Origin: Ruditapes philippinarum
Lineage: Eukaryota
NCBI RefSeq assembly: GCF_026571515.1
Contig: NW_026859070.1
Coordinates: forward strand, 124,001-188,000
Length of the DNA: 64,000 nucleotides
Direction of reading: 5' to 3'
The notes beneath the pieces are model-generated. The model saw nothing but the letters and a program-made list of their open reading frames with translations, did not search any database and was not told the origin of the DNA. The translations under genes were made by a program, and so were the position numbers. Shown here one piece after another: positions 47,833 to 62,265 of this stretch; position 1 is the stretch's first letter; every line of letters starts with the position of its first letter.

Positions 47833-50510
47833 ATTCCTAGATTACAAGAATATCAACATAAACATTTCTGATTCTAGTTCTTCGTCCATTAAACGTATTA
47901 TTTTAGTTGTTTAAATGTATGCGGTTTAATATCGGCTGATGCCTACCGCGTTGACGCTGTTTCTAACGAATGACGCTACGGTTAGTGACATCATAAACGC
48001 CCTGCGTCATATACGTCTTATTGGTTTCGTACTCAAACTACAATGTAATTCGTTATTACATCCCATCGGGTTTTAACAAAACAAACCTTAGAACACAGAC
48101 ACATTACCTTAACATGTGACACAAAATTAATTTAACTTTAAAAATCATTATGCCTAGAAAATGTTGTTTTTTTTTAATTTCACAAAAGCTTTATCATTTT
48201 TGGTGTATTTTAATAGTTTTAAAACAATTTGTTCATTGGCCAATTACTTGAACAATCTAACAATCTTTTTCACTTCTGTTTTTTTTTTGGCAATTAGTAC
48301 AATTATAGTGAATTTAGTTTTAATTTAGTCAAAATTCTTTTTGTTTACATTTTCCTACCTCTATGACAGATAATTTTATTGTTAGATCTTCTTAACCCAG
48401 ACATGAAGCATCTAAAATGCTCTTCAACCATTATTCCAACGTTATAACACCAATTTTTGCTCTTTCTAATGTAGAATTTTTTTTAAAGTTTCTGAGGCCG
48501 AATGTGCCTTTAACCATCCTTTCATAATTAATTATTATGCTGTGAAAACCTTGAACTTTTCTGATCACCATGAAATTGTAGTCGTTCCACGTTAACAGAG
48601 GAATTCTTAAATCAGACGAAAGAAGTAGTATAAAACAAATTGATGTTTATTATTATAAAGTATTTGAATATTGTGAGTAATATAAGACTCTTACTCGATC
48701 AGTGGTATTAAGTATAATATATAATTGACGATTCTACTAGTACAGGAAGAAATAAAAGCATTGTCCTGTATACCAAGTATGATTTAATTCATATTGTCAC
48801 CTAATTTGCCGTCTATATATATTGATATAGGTTATTTGATTATAAAAACAGCTATTTAAGGTCCAATTTAGATATAAAGATAGCACAGTAATGTATTGTT
48901 ACAAACCTGTTTATCGGCCAAGGTCGTCAAAAAAAATGCAATATTTACCAAAATACCACTTAGCATACTTATGTTTCAACTTGTCTTTCTTTCTATTTGA
49001 TTTTAAGAACACGATGATAGACCAGGGTCTTTCAAATAGAATAAAAATATGCATTTGATGTTGATATCTTTAGTATTAGACAGTTTAATCGTAGTATATA
49101 CATTAAGCAATTAAATAAATGGTTTAAGATTTCGATTACCAGCAAGTAATTTTTAATCTTATTAAATTATTATATGCCTTTACTGCTTCCGATCAATGCA
49201 TTATTACGATTTTGTCCACCGAGAAAGAGCGATCGACATTTAAAGTTCATATGTGGAACTTTTTAAAACTATATATCAAATATCCAATGAAAGAAAGAAA
49301 ACGAACTTCTCTATAAATAACATTACACATTCGATAAACGAAAATACGTTTCATGTCACTGTACTTTTTTTTAGCCTACATGAATATACAAACATGTATA
49401 ATTATATAATTTAACTTTAACCTTTCTTGCGAAAACAGGAAGTAGAGACGTGTATACACTGTTTTTGATGTATACATGTTAACTATATACAAATATTTAA
49501 ATACTTCATCACTAACGAGAAAAACTTAGTCTTCTCCAATTACCACTTAAGTTTAAATAGGTTTGCCAATTATTTCTACCCCATTTTACTTTGCATCGAC
49601 CTTGTACTGGCAAACGCACAAAAATAAATAGGCTGAAATAATTATAAAGTAAACTATAATGTAGAGCCATGCATTCATAATGAATGTAATTTTGAATTTA
49701 ACCTTCGGTGCATTGTACCTTGATTTAGAATTGGTAAGTGTTTTTCATTAACGACGCAGATGGGGTGTATGAAATTACCCGCTTGTTAATCAGTGAAAAT
49801 TGAATACATTGTACACGTTTTTTTTCTATGGGCGTCTTGTTAAAAAAAAAAAATAATCCTCGTAGTTTGGAATATGTTCCGTTTATATCAAATATGTAAT
49901 ATTTTAAAAGATACTTTAACATGTGTGTGTTGAACAGTGAAAGAAGTACAAAAAAAATGCAGATTTATTGCATTTAAGACGGTGATAAATGTTGTGGAAA
50001 GTAAAATAAAGTCACTTCTTTTCTATTCTATTCAGTTTTGTCGAAAGTTTTAAGGGTATTTATTAAAAAAAAACCGATTTATAAATAGATTAGACTGTGT
50101 TACTGATCAATTACTGATACATTATTATATATATAATCAGGCGGAGTAGATAAAATCACCTCGAATATGCGATAGCTAGCACATGGAATATATGTTTTAT
50201 TAATTAAAAGTGTAACGCTCGCATTCGTAAGTATGTATTATTATAATTAACCGTAATAAATTTTTATACTATATATTATCGTCATTTTACCCATCGCTGA
50301 TTTTTTAAAAGAATCGTTTTCTATTTCATAGATTTGACCCTCACCTCGCATTACGGATAAAAACGGACAATAACCCTATCGGACTGGCTTTAAATCTACT
50401 GGCATCAAAATTAAACTATTTATCATGCCAAATTATCCAATGTGACGTATCAAAGATTTAACGCTCAAAATGACTTTACTTCAATAAAATTTACTTCAAT
50501 ACTTTTTTTC

Positions 50511-50594
50511 AACGACGATGGCGACGACGACGACAACAACAACTATGAAAACAGCAACAATAACAACAACAACAACAACAACAATTACAACAAC
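50511..50594. repeat. (ACG)n/(ACA)n microsatellite
   Basis: Visible triplet run. Confidence 0.85.
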
Positions 50595-52341
50595 ATGTGT
50601 TAAGCATAACAATGTTTTCAACCACAATATACATTACGTGAAATATTCAAAGTGCGCTTTCTTTAAACTAAATCTTTATATTGATTTTTTATACAATATC
50701 ACCTTCAATAAATAAGGATTAATTAATCAATTATTCGATATTTTCACTGTCATTCCAGTTATATAACTGTTTAGATACGTACTATTAAGGATTAATTCAA
50801 AGCACCACACTGTCATTTAATCTTAAATTTATGTATATTTTGTAAATTACCTTGTACAACGGACGGATCGCGTTTATGCACGCAGGGCCAAATCCGTGAT
50901 CGTATTAAACTTGGGGTAATATAAGTGTCAACCGAATTAAATTAGATTTATGTTTAATAGATCAAGAAATCTTAAATACAATGCCCGTTCTTAATTGAGG
51001 GCAATTGTATATTCTCTATCAATGGCATTTTGTTTGATAAACAACGATATATAAGCTAGGTTAACCAAACGAATATTTTAGGATATTTACATTCTGCTGT
51101 TTAGTGTGGAGAAACGATAAACAAAAAATTAAATTGTATTTAAAAAAAGTTTGGTTAAAATGGTTCAAACTTTGGACATGTTAAAACTTTAAATAAATAA
51201 AGACCTTATTGTACACTTTTATGCGGAATAACCTTATAAGGTAAACTTTCAACACAGGTATGTAAAATCTTATTTTAAACATAACGTTTTTATATTTGTC
51301 TTTATACCAAGTAAGAGAGGCAAATAATTAGTATTTTAAACACAGTTGACGTTCTTTTCCTTAATAAACTGAAAGAAAGATATATTGAATATTTTCCCGA
51401 TGCCATCATCTATAATCTTCAATCCCTCAAAGATTCCGTTAAGCCCGTCCTTTCGCGTATTTTTAAAATAGATTTACTTTATCATTTTGTCATTTATTAA
51501 TGTAAGTGACTAATAAACAAGAACGGCAACTCTATATTTTCATATTCAAATGCAAATCAATGTATCAGATTTTTCAACTATTACCTTAAGACTTATAATA
51601 TACAAGGTAATGTATTTTCACATTGATGTTGGCAAAACTTGTGGCCCAACCAATATTTCAACATTTCCTCCAAACTGTTAACATACATGCTTCATCTTCT
51701 TTATTTTCTCCATCATTTTGTCCGAAAATAAATTATTCTTTTCCTTTACAATTACATTAATATTTCAAACCAAGGAATAAGGAACTCATATAATGTTCTA
51801 TAGATTTATTGAAGTTAACTATTTCTAATGATGATTTCATGATTATATTACAATAATACATCACACAATATAATATCGTACACGTATTCAAGGGTTAATG
51901 AGGGTCCATCCGACCTATCATATCTAAGGAACGCCTTAAATAGTACATAACATTCCTATATATAGATTCTATAATTACAGTAAGTCCATTATAAGCATAC
52001 GACACGTGTGATCAATTATAAATCAATCAATCAATACTTTGCAATTGGCGCAATTCTTGTGAATATAGCCCTCCAAAAAAATTAAAATGTAGACGGAAAA
52101 CAGCCATTTTAGAATAGTTATTCGGGAATACAGGTTAATCCGACTGCCACAACCCTACCCATTATTTATTGTTTATAACAATGATAAAGACTAAAAAATC
52201 CGACAGTTACAGCGGCAGTGCATTCTATACATGCACAAAATTGTCATATAATTTTCGAAAGTTATGAAAATATATCAAAAATTTGCACGAGAATATGTAT
52301 TTCGCTTCAAATAACCTTGTAATTCGACCTATATATAAAAC

Positions 52342-52713
52342 CATAGGAACTCTGGAACAGGACCGCATATTGCGGCGCATAAATCCGAATCCGTACCGGC
52401 TTGACATTTAGTTTGTCCGACCTTTGAATATCTTTTCATATTATGCGAGCGGGTGGTCTTTAATTATCTAATCTCAATTTAATATAATCTGCTAATTTAA
52501 AAATCAGTCAAATTTACGGTATATTGAAATAATACCGTAAAATTTGACCAGTTTTAAAAGAGACAGATTGGGTTAAATTCATAATATATTTTTTGAGTCC
52601 ATACACTCGGATAATACTAAAAGATATTTAGATGTAGCAGAAACGTTTTTAAAAACCGTTACACGATCGAAAATATACGCCGCAATCTGCGGTCCCGTCC
52701 TCGAGTTCCTATG
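52342..52713. mobile_element. P/hAT-like MITE, 372 bp
   Basis: ~39-bp TIRs CATAGGAACTC..GGACCGCA..TTGCGGCG and a perfect 8-bp TSD TATAAAAC. Confidence 0.85.
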
Positions 52714-52779
52714 TATAAAACGACTATTTAATATCTTCTGCTGACCACAATGGCAAAGATATGTGCATTATGAACCCAA

Positions 52780-53372
52780 GGGGCCAGTTACACAGATGGT
52801 CGGTCCCAAATCGGTCATTTAATATTAAATTATTCGCTGATATGATCGGTTGTCATGCGTGATTTTATTTCTGGTTTTCTGTGTAAACGGCCATCGGTGA
52901 CAGAAAGCAAACTCAAACGGGGTTTGGTCGGTGATAAAAATTCTGAAATACTATCGGTTTTTATCGTTTGTAAATTGGAGCTAAATCGGGCGTAACGCTG
53001 ATTAATCGGTGTTTGATAGCTAGTCATTAGTGGTTAAACACTTTCCGTCAGATATGGCAGGTGATTTCATATTTGGTTATCTTTGTCCGATCGGCGATTT
53101 CGGCGATTAAGAGCTTGCATATCTCGTGATATAGGTTGCTTTCTGTTATTTGTAAAATATTTTCAAAGATCGAGAATTTTAAACATGTTTAAAATCCCAA
53201 ATCGTTAATTTTTCACCGAAGAAACTTATCTTTCCCCAATAGCAGTACATAGTCGGAAAACAGGTGACCAATAGGTGATATCGGTGTTAAATACGTTGTC
53301 ATCGGTTCAGTTCATAATTTGGCTAGAAAAACTACCGATTAATCACTGATGGCTCTGTGTAACTTGGGTGTT
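52780..53372. mobile_element. Probable PIF/Harbinger-like MITE remnant
   Basis: Short TIRs AGTTACACAGA / TCTGTGTAACT with ATCGG-rich interior repeats; TSD unclear. Confidence 0.4.
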
Positions 53373-54404
53373 ACAGGAAACAATAAAAATATACATGTAT
53401 AACGCTAGAACTTTCATCTACAATTCAATATATCATTGATAGATATATCATATTTAAACCAATCGAACCGTGCGTTCTGTATGTCACGTAGTAAACCTCG
53501 GCTGATTTAAAACCCCTTTGTTAACCCATGAACGCCTCGTGCCTCGTGCATTTTTTCTAACCAAGTGTAAACCATACTACCAAAAGGGATACAAGTAAAT
53601 GGTTTCCTGCGGTGAACATTTTTATGATATAAAGATATTTCATTTAACTATTTTCAACATTATTTGGGGGGTTGGGGGGGGGGTAAATAAACGTTTGTAT
53701 CAGCAATATAGTTGACAATTGAATTAACGATCAATATAGAAGACGGTCTTTGGTAACTGGTGACCGTTGAAGACCGGAGAAGGTCGAACATAAAACAATT
53801 ATTTCTTTAAAAGAAAATGATTAAATAGGCCTAACATATTATGAATAATTCCGAGCAAAAAATAAATAAAGTAAACACACAAGATTACGCAGAAAATATC
53901 TTTATTTATTATGGCAGATGCCACTACGAATATTTTAATTTGTAGATTTTCAGTATAGACAATTTATTTAAAATTTGAGATAGATATTTAAGATAGATAT
54001 TAAAGAAAAATTGATAATTTTCAAACACACCATTCAAGTTTTTTCCACCTTAAACGGTAAAATAATTATAGAAAATGAGAAATATCACGCAATAGTTTTT
54101 TGTTCTTACTTAGGTGTACTTCGGACTAATTCCCTACAGGTAAATCTGTAACGTACCGGCAAACGTTATTTAGCTAGATTACCAAGTACCAAAAAGAAAA
54201 ATTAGAATTATAAATTATTTGGATATAACGTAACAGCGCGGGTGACACTGTTGTACCAACGGTTTATTGATATTATTTTTCATTTATCTTTCCTCCGAAC
54301 AAAGAGAGAAAATTGCCTATAAGATTGATCTGGATTTTTTTCCATAACAATAAAAAGAGTGAGATAATTTTCACTATATATATATTTTTCAATCAAGGCA
54401 AAGG

Positions 54405-57400
54405 TATGGAAGCCTTGGAGGGTCACTTTTGAGTTTCGACTTACGGATGTTTTACTTTTGACTTTCGACTTTTGACTTTTGATTTGTGACTTACGTCTTA
54501 TGACTTTTGGCTAACTCATTTTACACGTGCTTTTGAAAGCAGCAACTTTGGTTTCAGGTATGTTTTTAAACGTTTTAAATAATTTCATTGCGATTTGTCA
54601 TGGTTAAGGAGGGAATTTAATGTTATTTGGTATACTCCCATAGTGGTAATATATCACAGACTTTAATTCCACAAGTGTAACTGTTTGTTTTGTGCAATCT
54701 GCTGTGTTCTAAATATATTCATTATAATAGTGCTTATACATTGTTGTCCTCATCACAAAATCTGTCCATAAGTAACAAACAGAGTTTTACAAGTAGACAG
54801 GGTCTAAAAATGGCATGGTGCACAGTATTAAACATGTATCGCAATTCAGCATTTTATTGAGCTAACACAGACTCAGTGTTTCTCTAAAGTACTTAGATAG
54901 TGTTGACCAATTTCATAAAGAACGGCAAGTGCTATGTTCATACACACAAGTACAAAGTTAACTTATAATTGTGCTCGAGCACCATATGCATTTAGCATCA
55001 ATGTCTAATTTTGTTGTATATTTTAACAAATGAGAAAAGAACACTTAAGAGTAAACATAGATATAGGACCAGTTAGAACAAAATATCCTACTAGCATTTT
55101 AAATGCTATATTTTTTCGCACCTATCAATCTTTAAAAGACGGAGCTAAGAGATTTACCCATTTTATATACTATGAATGTATAAAGATTTAGATAAAAGAT
55201 AAACTCTTATTTCAGACACAACTACTGGATTCTACAGATCCGATTGCTGGTACTCGAAGCATTGTAGCTGGAAAAAGCACATCTAACCAACGCATTGAGA
55301 AGTGGTGGTGTACATTACGACAAAATGGATCCAATGGTGGATTAATTTTTTTCCAAGACTTACGCGATACATGTGTATTTAATGATTTGGACCCGATACA
55401 ATGTGAGAACTAAAAATTGTGCTTCATGGACCTCATACAAACCGAGTTAGACCTGATTGCACATGAAATAAGGCAGCAAACCAGTTCTTCTGCTATTTGT
55501 GGTAAACCTGACACAATGTTTTTTACCAGGTCTGTATGAAACTCACGACTTCGGCAATGCAGTTAACTTGAGAGACGTATATATTTGCAAAGAACATATG
55601 TGTTCACACCCAAAAAGACAATGTGAGAAATTCGTAGAATTAGCACCCCTTCTGAAGCCAAATCTATTGATGCCATTGGACCCTGATTTAGCACTACAAC
55701 TGTGTACCGAGTTGAACGATTTAATTTTGAGAATATATTTAATATAAATACGCTTTGAAACGACTAATACTGATTTTGTTTCGTGTTATTGATATATACT
55801 AGGTTACAATAGGTTAAGTTTCAAAAATGATGTTATAAAATCATAAAGACGATAGTCTACCATTTCACTTCATTATATGGTTGTTTTAAGATATTGGTTT
55901 GTAAATATTTAGCAAATTACAATATATTTGTAAATTATCATTTAACTTATAAGCACTCTAATTTGCATTATAAAGCATTGTAAAATTGACAACATTGTTG
56001 AGTGGTATACCTAAAGGACACTTGTATGCAAAATTTAAGCAAAATTTATCGTACGGATTTGGAGTTGTAGGCATTATTATGAGTCAGATCATATACATTA
56101 ATAAGGCTTTTTAAAAGAAATACATGTATTGAAAGTCTAAAAAAAATATCCGTTTACATCTAATCATTATCATGTTTTGATAATATATCTATATTATATA
56201 TTATATCTATATATCTAATATATAATCACGTTTTGCAAGTGTTGTTTGTTTAGATGAAAATAATAACATTCTAGTAATGAACTATGCATGTTAAATGCAT
56301 GACTATTCTCGACACTATAGAAATATGCATGTAAATGTTTCTTTACCCCACCCATTTGAACATTTTCTATCATATCACTCTAAATTTAAAAAATCACTGA
56401 AATTACATTAAGCCAAAGGGCTTGTATCAAAGTTTGCTAAAATCTTTCTAGAAGTGTTCTGATTTATTCTGTGAAATATGGAAAGCTTTTACCGGCTAGT
56501 TTGTAATATAAAAGCATTGAAAATATTTTATGTCGTATTTGCTCTTAGATTGAGCATTTATTAGGCAATGAATATCTGTAAAAATGATAATAAAAGAAAA
56601 CGAGCATATTTTTCCATCTAAATATAGCTAGAAATATACAAAAATACTGAAGAAAAAAATGAAGAAAAAAAAAAAGTTGGCTCCTATGGGATTCGAACCC
56701 ACAACCATCTGATTTCAAGAAACTATTGTAAATACTCTTGAAATGGAGGTAGTGCATTAAAATGGTCATACCTTAATGGGTCATTTCTTAAACAGTCTTT
56801 GCATGTACTTTTTCACGAAAAGCATACGTGTAGTGGGAATCTTCCTAAAGTTATTTAAAAAATCAAATCTATTCAAATTTATTGTACAAGTCAATGGTCA
56901 TTTTAAAGATTTCCAACTCAGCAGCCTGTAAATATTAATTTTTAAAGATTTTACATCACAATATATGTATGTGCAATTTTGTGAATTTTTTACGTAAAAT
57001 GCATGCAGTATTTCTTTTTGTTTTTGGCATACGTATTACGAGATTAATTGCACTATATGAATCGACTTCTGGTTGTATCTCTTCTATCAAGCCCTGGTTA
57101 CAAAAAGGCTGTCCGACTAGGAATAGAACCTCGGTTTCCCGCGTGACTGGCAGGACACTTTCTACTATGCCAAATGTCACAGGGGGGAAAAGATATGCAG
57201 CCATACCGGGATTCGAACCCGGACCCCCTTACAGGGCTAGTTCTGTCCCGACCGAGATTGCACATCATCTACTGAATAGATTCGTACCGTGACATAAGTT
57301 ATACGTGTAATTTCAAGTATGTGTAATTAGATTCAAACGTCTTATTCATTCGCAACAAATAGCAGCCATACTTTATAGGATGTATTATGGTATTTAAAAG

Positions 57401-60400
57401 GAATATATATGATTGTTATTTCAAAAATGATAATTGATCTTTGTTATAAATGCTGACTTATTTTCTCGTTTTTTAGGTTTTGCCTTGTGACTTTTCACTT
57501 ATAATTTATTACTTTTTACTTATGACTTTAATCTTTTGACTTTTGACTTATAACTTTTGCCATTTGCTGTTACTCTTTGCCTTAATTGGTATAAACATTA
57601 GTTTTACTTGAATTTAGATTAATGCAAAATAAGCAAATTTTAGATACAATTACCAAACGCAAGGGAGCACATTGGCCGAGAGTGGTGTTGAAATCATATA
57701 ATGTTTACAAGTACATTTAGCCACCAGCCTCATTTTTGCATTAGAATCCTCATTTGTTGACTATTTATTATTTTGTTATTGTAACTTTGTTATAATCAAA
57801 ATAAACTTGTAATTTACCACCGGAATAAACAGTATATAAATGTTACAGAGATTTTTTAATCTATGTAGAGATAGTGTTCCATTTAAATTATAAGTAAGAG
57901 GTTGAGATGAGCAAAGTAGAAATAGAATACCAATCACTATAGACGTAAACTGTGTGGAACCAGCCAACTCCCTCAACAGACTACCTACATATACCTCTAC
58001 CGAGAGACCACACTACCAAAGGTTTTTGTCTCACGGTCTAGACCGTGACAGGTTGGCAGAGCTATCAATAATTTTTTGGAATAAATGCGTTTAAACATAT
58101 AGCAACAAACATTGTTTATTCTACAAACGTGCTTTATTTTGTTTAACAAAATTGTTGTTTTAAAAGAAAACAAATGTATTAGATATGCAAAAACAAACTG
58201 CATTTGAGCTTCATTATATTTAATTTTAAAAAAAGAGATAAGAAATACAGAGGTTAGCATTTTGTTTCTAAAATAGCACATACATGTATGCCTTACTTAA
58301 AAGGAACAGCTAAAAATAAACACTGCCATCAACAAAAACTTCAAGTATTTACGTCACAGAAGACATATATACATGCAATATTTCTACAAAACAACACATT
58401 GTTGATACGTTACTGATGAAAAACTAAGAAATCATGAGTGTTCTAACGAAGCTTTTGAAATCATAAGATAAATTAGGTAAACTAGCAACGCTAGAGTGTC
58501 TGTATTATTATTTAAGTCAGGATTTTTAAAATAATTGTCAGAGCGTTATTTCTTCATTTCTAAATGTTCAAAAGAGAGAAAAAGAAAAACAAACATAGTC
58601 TCTAGCTAAAAATGTCCTAGTTAACTTTAAGAAACTGTATACATTGTATAATGTATATATTAAATAACGTCCACAAGTTTTTTTTCGAAGATGGCCGACT
58701 TTAAATGTGATAGAAATCTCATAGTATTTCGTAATGAGCATACCCTCAACCCACAGCATGTCGAAAAAGGGAATGTTTAACTTAGGAGAACGATTAAATG
58801 TTATAATCAAAAGTTTTGTTAACAACACAATACACTCTGTCTCGCCGAGACATATCTGCCAGTAAATATAAGTTGATGCCTTCAACAGTTTTTGTGATAA
58901 TTATGAGTTTAACAAAATTTAAGTATGAAAAAAAAAAAAAAAAAAAAAACAACAAGAAAGGGGAGTTTCTAAACTGTATGATAGCTATGATAGCAAGAAG
59001 TATGTTTCTTTCTGCCTCGCCAAGCTATATGAACATACAAAGTTTTGATTTCGGTACCTTTCAATCATATAAGTTTTAAAATTCACAATGGCGAAATACT
59101 GAAAATTATGAAAGCCAGAATTATGAAATCATGATTTTTCACACTTTTCTCTGTCTTACCATGACCTGTCTATCGATACAAGTCTTATACCATATTGGAG
59201 ATATGGACAGAATAAAATAAACGTGGCGGGACGTGACATTGCGTGTTTCCAATAAAGCGTCCACAATAAGTGGTGGGGTTGAAACTTGAAAATTATCGAG
59301 CGTCTGAAACAAGTGTGAAAAAGTAACACTCGTATTCCGACAATGTCTGAATATTTCCATAGACAATAACGCATAAAACCAAATCACCAGTGTTTGAACA
59401 TTTTGCATTTGCTAAACTGTACTACTTTCCACTCGGAACGAACGCTCTTTTGCAATGAAACCTCTTAGTCTTCTAAACTGGCTCCTAAAACTTGACAAAT
59501 ATGTATTGCTGATGCTCTTGCAACTGCTTTGTAGATGAAACCATTCGACAGGACGTCCATAATTCCTACAGGTAGCTTTACTAGAATTATAATTGAAAAC
59601 ATTAAAAGTATGTGTTATCTCAATTGAAATGAAATACGTATATATACACAATGAAATACAAAAAATCCCTTAATACATAACTGTATACAAAAGTTTTAAT
59701 ACAAATAACATGTACTTTGTACTTGGTAGGTGTCCTAAGTTATTGAAACTGAACTAGTGTATGAAGTTTCAATATTATATCATAACTGGTTTATGGGACC
59801 ATATTTCATAAACCTTCTGACAAAACATTTTAGCTTTAAAAATGGACATAAGTATGTCAAATTGTGAGCCACTCATACGAAACTTGGTCATTGACCTTAG
59901 ATGTCAGCACTTAATATGTGTTTTTAGTTTCAAAGGAATCGCTAAAATAGTTTTTGAGAAACTATTTTTTCATGAAAATTCTAAACCATAAATTCAAAGT
60001 CGAAAACGAGGCATAATTTGATAACAATGAAATTCAGAGATTTCTAACTGAGAGCGTGTTCTAAACAAGTGTGTGAAGTTACAAAGCTGTATGATTTATT
60101 GATTTTGAAATACCATTTTTCATGAAACTTCTTAACTGTAAATTTCTTTGTCAAAATAAGTCCTATAATTTGGTCTATATTCAATATAAAATGGACGAAG
60201 AATGAACTACGGGTGAAAATCGATTGAAACTGCAGCAAACAACAATGCAAGACTTTTTTGGATTTGGAACCCATATAAAAAAATAAAGCGTTTGATTCAT
60301 ACGCTGTATGTCAATTTGAGATTATATATGCCTGTTACGGAAATCAAAATAAAAAATGGATACCCAATGCAATGCAATGCAAGCAAAGTATTTTCTTTTC

Positions 60401-60701
60401 CTAATCAATTAAAAAGGCTTATATAAGAATAACATTCTGTTCTTGCATATGAGCCCACATATTTTGTTTTTTAAATAAGTCTCCAGGAAATTTAGGTAAA
60501 TGAACTTACCTCGTCTGAATCGTTGGCATATTCTGCCATATTTTCCTTGGAAATTATGAGGGAAGCACGTGGGACAATAACAAAATCCATAAGTCAAAAA
60601 TCAAAAGTCACAAATCAAAAGTCACAAATCAAAAGTCATAAGAAAATAGTAAAATAAATCTATAAGTCGAAACTCAAAAGTGACCCTCAAAGGCTTCCAT
60701 A
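54405..60701 (+). mobile_element. Decayed IS3EU-like DNA transposon, 6297 bp
   Basis: 39-bp TIRs TATGGAAGCCTT(G/T)GAGGGTCACTTTTGAGTTTCGACTTA with one mismatch, 6-bp TSD CAAAGG, TTTTGAC heptamer subterminal repeats and a transposase remnant. Confidence 0.85.
55215..55745 (+). pseudogene. Integrase-core (DDE) transposase remnant of the IS3EU-like element
   Basis: GKSTSNQRIEKWWCTLRQ/QWWINFFQDLRD...CFMDLIQTELD...GKPDTMF, with frameshifts and a stop. Confidence 0.8.
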
Positions 60702-61347
60702 CAAAGGCGCTCCTTTTTTGGCTGTTTGAAACTTAAAATAGATTCTTAAAGCTTGAATAAACGTGTAAAAAAGCTGTTCTTGAGCGGCTTTAATATTTTA
60801 AGTAGTTATGTACTTAAAATAGGTTAGCTCTACAAATTGGATATAATAACTGACTTTCTCTACCCTATTGTTACATTGTTACAAAACTATGTTAAATACT
60901 AACAATCCTGTACAAACGGTAGCGGTGTCCATACTATTTTGGCTGTTTGTTGTACAAATATTTCTATATCTGATTATTTACCCTAGACACTTGATATAAA
61001 TATTAAACATTGTCAATGAAAATATCATATTTGTATTTTATAAACGGTGTTAACGTAAGAATGTGTGTACTTTAAATCAAAATGACACGTGGACTATCAT
61101 AAAGGTATAATTTTCATTTTCTTTAAACTTAATATAAATTTCAAAAAATATATAATATCTTACATCAACCCCGGTTACATTTTCTATCTCTCTTCGCTAC
61201 CCCTCTTTCCATCGATCCCTTTTCCCTTTCTAATTCCCTTGCTCTATCCTTCCTTCCAACCTCGCTTCCTCAGTCCTTCCCGCGCTATCTCCCTCGCTTT
61301 CGCCCTCCAACCTAATAAAGGTATATTTTTCAGTTCTATTCAGTTGA

Positions 61348-61676
61348 NNNNNNNNNNNNNNNNNNNNNNNNNNNNNNNNNNNNNNNNNNNNNNNNNNNNN
61401 NNNNNNNNNNNNNNNNNNNNNNNNNNNNNNNNNNNNNNNNNNNNNNNNNNNNNNNNNNNNNNNNNNNNNNNNNNNNNNNNNNNNNNNNNNNNNNNNNNNN
61501 NNNNNNNNNNNNNNNNNNNNNNNNNNNNNNNNNNNNNNNNNNNNNNNNNNNNNNNNNNNNNNNNNNNNNNNNNNNNNNNNNNNNNNNNNNNNNNNNNNNN
61601 NNNNNNNNNNNNNNNNNNNNNNNNNNNNNNNNNNNNNNNNNNNNNNNNNNNNNNNNNNNNNNNNNNNNNNNNNNNN
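61348..61676. other. Assembly gap (329 N)
   Basis: Run of N. Confidence 1.
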
Positions 61677-61785
61677 ACTCACTCACTCACGCAATCACGC
61701 ACTCACTCACTCACTCACTCACTCACTCACTCACTCACTCACTCACTCACTCACTCACTCACTCACTCACTCACTCACTCACTCA
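61677..61785. repeat. (ACTC)n microsatellite
   Basis: Visible tetramer run adjoining the gap. Confidence 0.95.
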
Positions 61786-62265
61786 TTTTTAAAGGAAGTT
61801 GACCGACATTCACAAACTGCGAAATTTTATTGAAAAGTCTGGCATTAGTCCTAACTTTTCATACATAAATTAAAAAAAAATAATATATTGGCACGTTAGT
61901 TTGTCTTTTTATAAACTTTATAACTAGCTTTACTTTTGAATACTTATACCAATTATATGTTTGTATGGAAGGTAATTTTTTTCCCCTTTGTTAAAGCTAC
62001 AAATTTAGATATTTTGAATGAAATAGCAAATTATTATTAAAAATTGCATACGATTGTCGAAAAAAATCTTTTATATCATTCATAAAAAGACCGCGTGTAG
62101 ATTTTTTGTTCTATTATGTACTATATGGTATTAATGGAAACACATCGACAATAATTCGCAACCCGAAGATGGACGGAAAAAGCCGAATAGTTAAAAACGG
62201 ATATGGTACAATATATTATCAAAATGCATTTCTAGAAATGATGTAAAATGGGAAAATACAATAAT

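Larger units (their letters stand above)
27715..50451. repeat. Tandem segmental duplication: unit A 27715-43289, unit B 43290-50451
   Basis: Colinear similarity of the esterase 3' end, PAK exons, introns and upstream DNA. The junction shares an ATC microhomology. Confidence 0.92.

Noticed and set aside
61089-61802. Long ORFs spanning the gap
   Set aside because: Artefacts of the N run and the (ACTC)n repeat.
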